NCBI RefSeq assembly: GCF_000008465.1
Contig: NC_006512.1
Location: forward strand, 1,950,001 to 1,982,000
Length of the DNA stretch: 32,000 nucleotides
Source of the DNA: Idiomarina loihiensis L2TR
GTDB taxonomy: Bacteria; Pseudomonadota; Gammaproteobacteria; Enterobacterales; Alteromonadaceae
Direction of reading: 5' to 3'
Each line of letters opens with the position of its first letter. The stretch's first letter is position 1. Positions 27,145-32,000 of this stretch are shown piece after piece. The translations under genes and the position numbers were made by a program. The notes under the pieces are model-generated. The model was not told the origin of the DNA. It saw only the letters and a list, made by a program, of their open reading frames with translations, and made no database searches.

Positions 27145-29058
27145 TTAAGCGTTAAGCATTAATTTGTTAAGGCGGGTAACGAAGGAGGCTGGATCTTTCA
27201 GGTTGCCCCGCTCCGCTAAAGTGGCCTGATCTAATAACACTTCAGCCCATTCTTTGAAGGTATCATCCTCTTTGGTCAGCATGCGTTGAACCAACGGATG
27301 TTCTGGATTTACTTCAAAGATGTACTTAGTTTCAGGAACCGCCTGACCGGCGGCTTCCATCAACTTAGCCATTTGCGTACTCATATCATTGTCATCGGTA
27401 ATGATACAGGCCGGCGAGTTGGTTAAGCGGTTAGTCACACGAACCTTCTTAACTTTATCACCTAAGGCTTTTTCAAAGCGTTCCAGGTTTTCTTTAAAGG
27501 CTTCTTCGGCTTTTTCCTGCTCGGCCTTGTCTTCTTCGTCGTCCAGTTCGCCTAAATCAAGGTCACCTCGAGTCACTGACTGCAACTGTTTCTCTTTAAA
27601 TTCAGTCAGGTGGCTCATCAACCATTCATCAATGCGCTCTGAAAGCAGCAACACTTCAATGCCTTTCTTGTTGAAGATTTCCAGTGCAGGGTTATTTCTG
27701 GCGGCTTCGTAGCTGTCAGCAACAATGTAGAAGATTTTATCCTGACCTTCTTTCATACGCTCAATGTAGTCGTCCAGGCTGACTGACTGCACTGCACCGT
27801 CGTTATGCGTTGAAGCAAAACGTAGCAGTTCGGCAATACGCTCACGGTTAGTGTGATCTTCCGCCGGACCTTCTTTCAGCACATTCCCGAAGGTATCCCA
27901 GAACTGTTGATACTGTTCTTTGTCGTCTTTTGCCAGCTTCTTCAGCATTTGCAGTACTTTTTTGGTACTGCCATTACGCATTGCACGGGTAATTTTATTA
28001 TCCTGCAAAATTTCACGCGAAACGTTCAGCGGTAAGTCATTTGAGTCAACCAAACCACGCACAAAACGCAGGTAAGTCGGCATTAACTGCTCAGCGTCGT
28101 CCATAATGAAAACACGCTTAACATAAAGCTTAACGCCGTGCTGTTGTTCGCGGTTCCATAAGTCCCACGGAGCGCGTTTTGGAATGTACAGCAAATTAGT
28201 GTATTCGGTTGTGCCTTCAACTTTGTTGTGGCTCCACAGCAGTGGTTCATCAAAGTCGTGCGCTACGGTCTTATAGAACTCTTTGTATTCTTCGTCCGTA
28301 ATGTCTGACTTTTCACGAGTCCAGAGTGCCTGACCTGAGTTTACAGTCTCCCATTCACCGGGCTGCCCTTCCACTTTGTTGCCTTCGTCGTCTTCTGACT
28401 CAGGTACCGGTTCTTTCCACATTTGAACCGGGATACTCAGGTGTTCTGAATACTTATTGATAATGCCGCGCAGACGATTTTCATCTAAGAATTCATCGGC
28501 ATCGTCTTTCAGGTGCAAAATAATGTCCGTGCCGCGACGGGCTTTATCAATGTCAGCAATTTCGAAATCGCCTTCACCTTGCGAGCGCCATTCGACTCCG
28601 CGAGCGTCTTTATCTAATGCTGAACGGGTTCTTACGGTAACTTCATCAGCAACAATAAAGGCTGAATAGAAGCCAACACCAAACTGACCGATAAGCTTAC
28701 TGTCTTTTGCTTCGTCGCCGGACAGCTGACCAAAGAACTCCGCAGTGCCTGACTTGGCAATGGTTCCCAGATTATTCATCACGTCGTCGCGCGTCATACC
28801 AACGCCATTGTCGCTGATGGTAATAGTGCGGCTGTCTTTATCAACAGAAACACGAACGTGCAGGTCACTGTCGTCACCGTACAGAGAGTTGTCGCTTAAG
28901 GCTTTAAAGCGCAATTTATCTGCTGCGTCGGACGCATTAGAGACCAATTCGCGTAAGAAAATTTCTTTATTGGAATACAAGGAATGGATCATCAGGTGAA
29001 GCAATTGTTTTACTTCTGTCTGAAATCCATGTTTTTCCATTTGACCGGCTTCCGCCAT
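27145..29058 (-). CDS. htpG: molecular chaperone HtpG (Hsp90)
   Basis: 637 aa with the GHKL ATPase N-terminus ([30 protein letters not shown]). SD is AGGAG. Confidence 0.95.
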   Translation of the reverse strand: MAEAGQMEKHGFQTEVKQLLHLMIHSLYSNKEIFLRELVSNASDAADKLRFKALSDNSLYGDDSDLHVRVSVDKDSRTITISDNGVGMTRDDVMNNLGTIAKSGTAEFFGQLSGDEAKDSKLIGQFGVGFYSAFIVADEVTVRTRSALDKDARGVEWRSQGEGDFEIADIDKARRGTDIILHLKDDADEFLDENRLRGIINKYSEHLSIPVQMWKEPVPESEDDEGNKVEGQPGEWETVNSGQALWTREKSDITDEEYKEFYKTVAHDFDEPLLWSHNKVEGTTEYTNLLYIPKRAPWDLWNREQQHGVKLYVKRVFIMDDAEQLMPTYLRFVRGLVDSNDLPLNVSREILQDNKITRAMRNGSTKKVLQMLKKLAKDDKEQYQQFWDTFGNVLKEGPAEDHTNRERIAELLRFASTHNDGAVQSVSLDDYIERMKEGQDKIFYIVADSYEAARNNPALEIFNKKGIEVLLLSERIDEWLMSHLTEFKEKQLQSVTRGDLDLGELDDEEDKAEQEKAEEAFKENLERFEKALGDKVKKVRVTNRLTNSPACIITDDNDMSTQMAKLMEAAGQAVPETKYIFEVNPEHPLVQRMLTKEDDTFKEWAEVLLDQATLAERGNLKDPASFVTRLNKLMLNA

Positions 29059-29097
29059 AGTATATTTCTCCTGCTGTTATTACCTATGGCAATAACA

Positions 29098-29123
29098 ATG
29101 GGGGCGCAGGAGACATTTTCAAG
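29098..29123 (-). promoter_or_regulatory. candidate sigma-32 (heat-shock) promoter of htpG
   Basis: The minus strand reads CTTGAAA (29123-29117), a 13-nt spacer, then CCCCATTGT (from 29103). This matches the sigma-32 consensus CTTGAAA-N13/14-CCCCATNT. It begins directly after the recR stop codon. Confidence 0.7.
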
Positions 29124-29729
29124 TCATCGGGAAAATTGTTTTCGGCCACTGAAGGCGTGACCCAGTGTGGTTTGATCGACATAACCCAGCTCACCGCCTA
29201 CTGGCACCCCGTGAGCAATTCGGGTGGTGTTGATATTCAATTGCGCGGCAATGTCGGCAATATAGTGCGCGGTAGCATCCCCTTCCACAGTCGGGTTAGT
29301 CGCCAGCACAATTTCTTCCACCGGCTCGCTCTGCAGTTGCCGCTCCAGCTCATCCAGACCAATGTCCGCCGGCCCAATACCATCCAGCGGAGACAAATGC
29401 CCCATCAGCACAAAATAACGCCCCTGAAATTGAGAGGTCTGTTCAATGGCTAATACGTCGGCGGGTGTTTCAACAATACAAAGCACACCATTTTCGCGCC
29501 GCATAGGATTGCTGCAAATGCGACACAAGGGTTCTTCGGTTAAGGTCCGGCAACACTCGCAGTGGCCGACTTTTTCCACCGCCGACTGCAAAGACTCGGC
29601 AAGCCTTGAGGCTCCACCGCGATCGCGCTCAAGCAAATGGAACGCCATACGCTGTGCTGACTTTTGGCCAACACCCGGTAGACGTTTTAAATTCTCGACC
29701 AGTTGATCGATTGCCGGACTAATACTCAT
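29124..29729 (-). CDS. recR: recombination protein RecR
   Basis: 201 aa with a helix-hairpin-helix ([17 protein letters not shown]), a C4 zinc finger (CECC...CRIC) and a Toprim domain ([11 protein letters not shown]). Confidence 0.95.
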   Translation of the reverse strand: MSISPAIDQLVENLKRLPGVGQKSAQRMAFHLLERDRGGASRLAESLQSAVEKVGHCECCRTLTEEPLCRICSNPMRRENGVLCIVETPADVLAIEQTSQFQGRYFVLMGHLSPLDGIGPADIGLDELERQLQSEPVEEIVLATNPTVEGDATAHYIADIAAQLNINTTRIAHGVPVGGELGYVDQTTLGHAFSGRKQFSR

Positions 29730-29745
29730 TAACTGACCTTACTAC

Positions 29746-30072
29746 TTAGAAAGGCATTTTAAAGCCCGGAGGTAAACCCATACCGCCGGTTATTTCAGAC
29801 ATGCGCTCTTTGCTGGTTTCTTCAACGCGACGCACAGCATCGTTGGTCGCTGCAGCAATTAAGTCTTCCAGCATTTCCTGATCGTCTTCCATTAGGCTTG
29901 GGTCAATGCTTACGCGCTTTACGTTGTGGTTACCCAGCATGGTAATTTTAACCAGGCCTGCACCGGCTTCACCGGTCACTTCCATATTGGCGACTTCTTC
30001 CTGGGCTTGTTGCATGCGCTCCTGCATTTGTTGCGCCTGCTTCATCATGTTACCCATTCCACCTTTAAACAT
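29746..30072 (-). CDS. ybaB: nucleoid-associated protein YbaB/EbfC
   Basis: 108 aa. It starts [15 protein letters not shown], ends [10 protein letters not shown], and lies between dnaX and recR as in E. coli. Confidence 0.9.
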   Translation of the reverse strand: MFKGGMGNMMKQAQQMQERMQQAQEEVANMEVTGEAGAGLVKITMLGNHNVKRVSIDPSLMEDDQEMLEDLIAAATNDAVRRVEETSKERMSEITGGMGLPPGFKMPF

Positions 30073-30103
30073 AATTTTATTCCTCGTTTAAGCTTTTAAA
30101 AAA

Positions 30104-32000
30104 TTAACGCGCCTGAATTGATGACTCATCAATTTGCGCTTGAAACCTTTGTTGTAAGTCTTGTACGCCGGCGTCTCCGTGTAATATTTCACACGCGCGC
30201 TGGTGACGGTATTCATTGATATGCTGTTGCACCATTAAAGGTGTTGGCTGGCTCGGCACGCCAACTTTAAAGTCTACCCTTGCAGTCGCCCCTAATAACC
30301 CGGCCAAAGACTCTCTGACGGCCTGGCTGGTCGATTCGTTCAATAAACTTTTTTGTTCTTCAGCCACCAGAATCAGCCAGTCGTCATCGCCCAGCTTTTG
30401 CAGTTCGGAGTTTAACAACACCTGACGAGCCAGCCCGGAAATGTCCATGCCTGCTATCATGGCACTCCATTTATCAACTTCGGCGGCTTCGCGGATATCG
30501 TCATTTAATTCTGGCAGTTCTTCGTTTAATTCGTCTTTTGATTCCGGCTGATGCTCGGGTTGAGCTTCTGGTTCGGCTTCTGCCGGAACAGTTAACGCCA
30601 CCGGCGAGCTGTTTTCTGTCTGGCTGTTTAATGTTTTGTTGCTATTGTCGGGATTTTTTTTTTCAGCCAGTTGCTCTCGCACGCGTAAAAGATCGGCTAC
30701 GCCAGAACTGCTCTGCGCCGCTGGCTCAGGCGTTGGCTCTGCTGTTTGATCTGCTGTTGGCTCAGGTACTGGCTCCGACTTAGCGGCCTCTTCCATATGA
30801 TACGGAGGCGCATCATTATGATAGAAGCCCGCATCATCATCCGGTTCAGAGTAATTAAATTCAGGAGGCTCTTCATGCTCACTATAAGACGGTTGCATAG
30901 GCTCCGATAATTCCGCTTCAGGCTGCGGCTCTGGTCCTGCCTGCGGTGTTACTTCTGCTACAGACCCGGCTTCAGTCTCAGTCACTTCCTGAGCAGGAGC
31001 CGTTAGCTTCGACTCAGGCATATCAACAGCAGACGAGTCTGGTTCAGTAATGTTGTAATCGCCCTTTTCTGCCGGGCGGAAACACAGCAGCCGCAATAAA
31101 GTCATTTCGAGTCCGCTACGTGCGTCTATAGCGTAAGCCTGCTCGCGGCGACCTTCCAGAACCGTGCGATAAAAAACCTGAATAAGTTCAGCCGGCATGC
31201 GTCGCAATAATGGTTTCAGGACATCACTGTTTTCGAACACATTAGCGGCACTGGGTACTTGCTGAACCAACGCCAGCTGATGCAATAAGCTTTGTAGCTC
31301 GACCAGCACCGAACTCAAGTCCGGTACCATGGATACCATACTGTCCACACGTTGCATTACAGCTTCTGCATCCCCTTCGAGAACAGATTCCAGTAATGCG
31401 GCAATATCGGCCACGGGCACGTTGCCGAGCATACGTCTGACACTGTCGATACTAACCGAACCGCCACCCTGGGCAATAGCCTGGTCGGTTAAGCTAAGCG
31501 CATCGCGCATACTGCCACGGGCAGAACGAGCCAACAGTGGCAGCGCTTCGGAATCAGCCTGAACCTGTTCCTGCGATAAAACATAGCTAAGCTGCTGCGT
31601 AATATCGTCGTTCGACAAGGCTTTTAAATTAAACTGCAGACAACGCGATAAAATGGTAACCGGTAGCTTCTGCGGATCGGTGGTCGCCAGCAGGAACTTT
31701 ACGTGCTCCGGTGGTTCTTCCAGTGTTTTCAGCAGAGCATTAAAACTGTGCCGTGACAGCATGTGCACTTCATCAATTAAGTACACTTTATAGCGGCCGC
31801 GGGTGGGCCGATACTGGACGTTATCAAGTAACTCGCGGGTGTCTTCAACTTTGGTTCTTGATGCTGCATCAATTTCCAGCAAGTCAACAAACCGTCCCTG
31901 CTCTATTTCAAGACAGGCACTGCATTTGCCACACGGCGTTGCCGTAATACCTTCTTCGCAATTCAGTGCTTTAGCCAGGATTCGTGCAATGGTGGTTTTA
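30104..32000 (-). CDS. dnaX: DNA polymerase III subunit tau/gamma (5' end beyond the window)
   Basis: The frame stays open to the window edge: the translation upstream of the tracked Met reads KTTIARILAKALNCEEGITATPCGKCSACLEIEQGRFVDLLEIDAAS. It carries AAA+ clamp-loader motifs (YLIDEVHMLS, SRC). Confidence 0.95.
   Translation of the reverse strand, partial: KTTIARILAKALNCEEGITATPCGKCSACLEIEQGRFVDLLEIDAASRTKVEDTRELLDNVQYRPTRGRYKVYLIDEVHMLSRHSFNALLKTLEEPPEHVKFLLATTDPQKLPVTILSRCLQFNLKALSNDDITQQLSYVLSQEQVQADSEALPLLARSARGSMRDALSLTDQAIAQGGGSVSIDSVRRMLGNVPVADIAALLESVLEGDAEAVMQRVDSMVSMVPDLSSVLVELQSLLHQLALVQQVPSAANVFENSDVLKPLLRRMPAELIQVFYRTVLEGRREQAYAIDARSGLEMTLLRLLCFRPAEKGDYNITEPDSSAVDMPESKLTAPAQEVTETEAGSVAEVTPQAGPEPQPEAELSEPMQPSYSEHEEPPEFNYSEPDDDAGFYHNDAPPYHMEEAAKSEPVPEPTADQTAEPTPEPAAQSSSGVADLLRVREQLAEKKNPDNSNKTLNSQTENSSPVALTVPAEAEPEAQPEHQPESKDELNEELPELNDDIREAAEVDKWSAMIAGMDISGLARQVLLNSELQKLGDDDWLILVAEEQKSLLNESTSQAVRESLAGLLGATARVDFKVGVPSQPTPLMVQQHINEYRHQRACEILHGDAGVQDLQQRFQAQIDESSIQAR
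30654..30663 (-). promoter_or_regulatory. A10 homopolymer: candidate programmed -1 frameshift / slippage site in dnaX
   Basis: The coding strand reads GCT GAA AAA AAA AAT CCC, which contains the heptamer A AAA AAA in the X XXY YYZ phase. The -1 frame then reads AAA TCC CGA CAA TAG (stop at 30642-30644). It aligns with the E. coli ...AKKSE frameshift position. Confidence 0.6.

Overview
This is a 32-kb chromosomal segment from a gammaproteobacterium. Gene content and order resemble Alteromonadales and Enterobacterales core blocks, but I cannot verify the taxon without a search. About 27 kb is ordinary, tightly packed housekeeping DNA in E. coli-like synteny blocks. These are: fadR divergent from dsbB; ycgN-mltB-ycgL-rnd-fadD on the minus strand; alpha/beta hydrolase-slp-small ORF; tsaB-yoaA; a complete histidine operon (hisL leader and attenuator plus hisGDCBHAFI); a MAPEG / alpha/beta hydrolase / NorM-type MATE pump cluster; and adk, htpG, recR, ybaB and the 3' majority of dnaX, which runs off the right edge. 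I found no rRNA, tRNA, CRISPR array, transposase or integrase. The only clearly accessory DNA is the AT-rich left ~5 kb (about 310-5330). It holds a secreted beta-lactamase-fold serine hydrolase and, divergent from it, a membrane-anchored ToxR/CadC-like regulator with a TolB-like propeller. It also holds a 394-nt gene-free gap and an orphan 275-aa protein with an N-terminal HNH/EndoVII-like zinc-finger nuclease motif and an unrecognisable C-terminal domain. That orphan nuclease and its flanks are the best candidate for something undescribed, possibly a single-gene defence or Type IV-like restriction function. The evidence is one ORF plus composition, so the claim is tentative. Other points worth checking:
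- a positionally conserved A10 slippery run in dnaX;
- a UUG start for rnd that overlaps the fadD stop;
- a FadR operator upstream of fadD;
- a sigma-32 promoter abutting the recR stop;
- an exact 14-nt repeat shared by the his promoter region and the attenuator loop;
- two small proteins flanking tsaB-yoaA that share a C-terminal motif.
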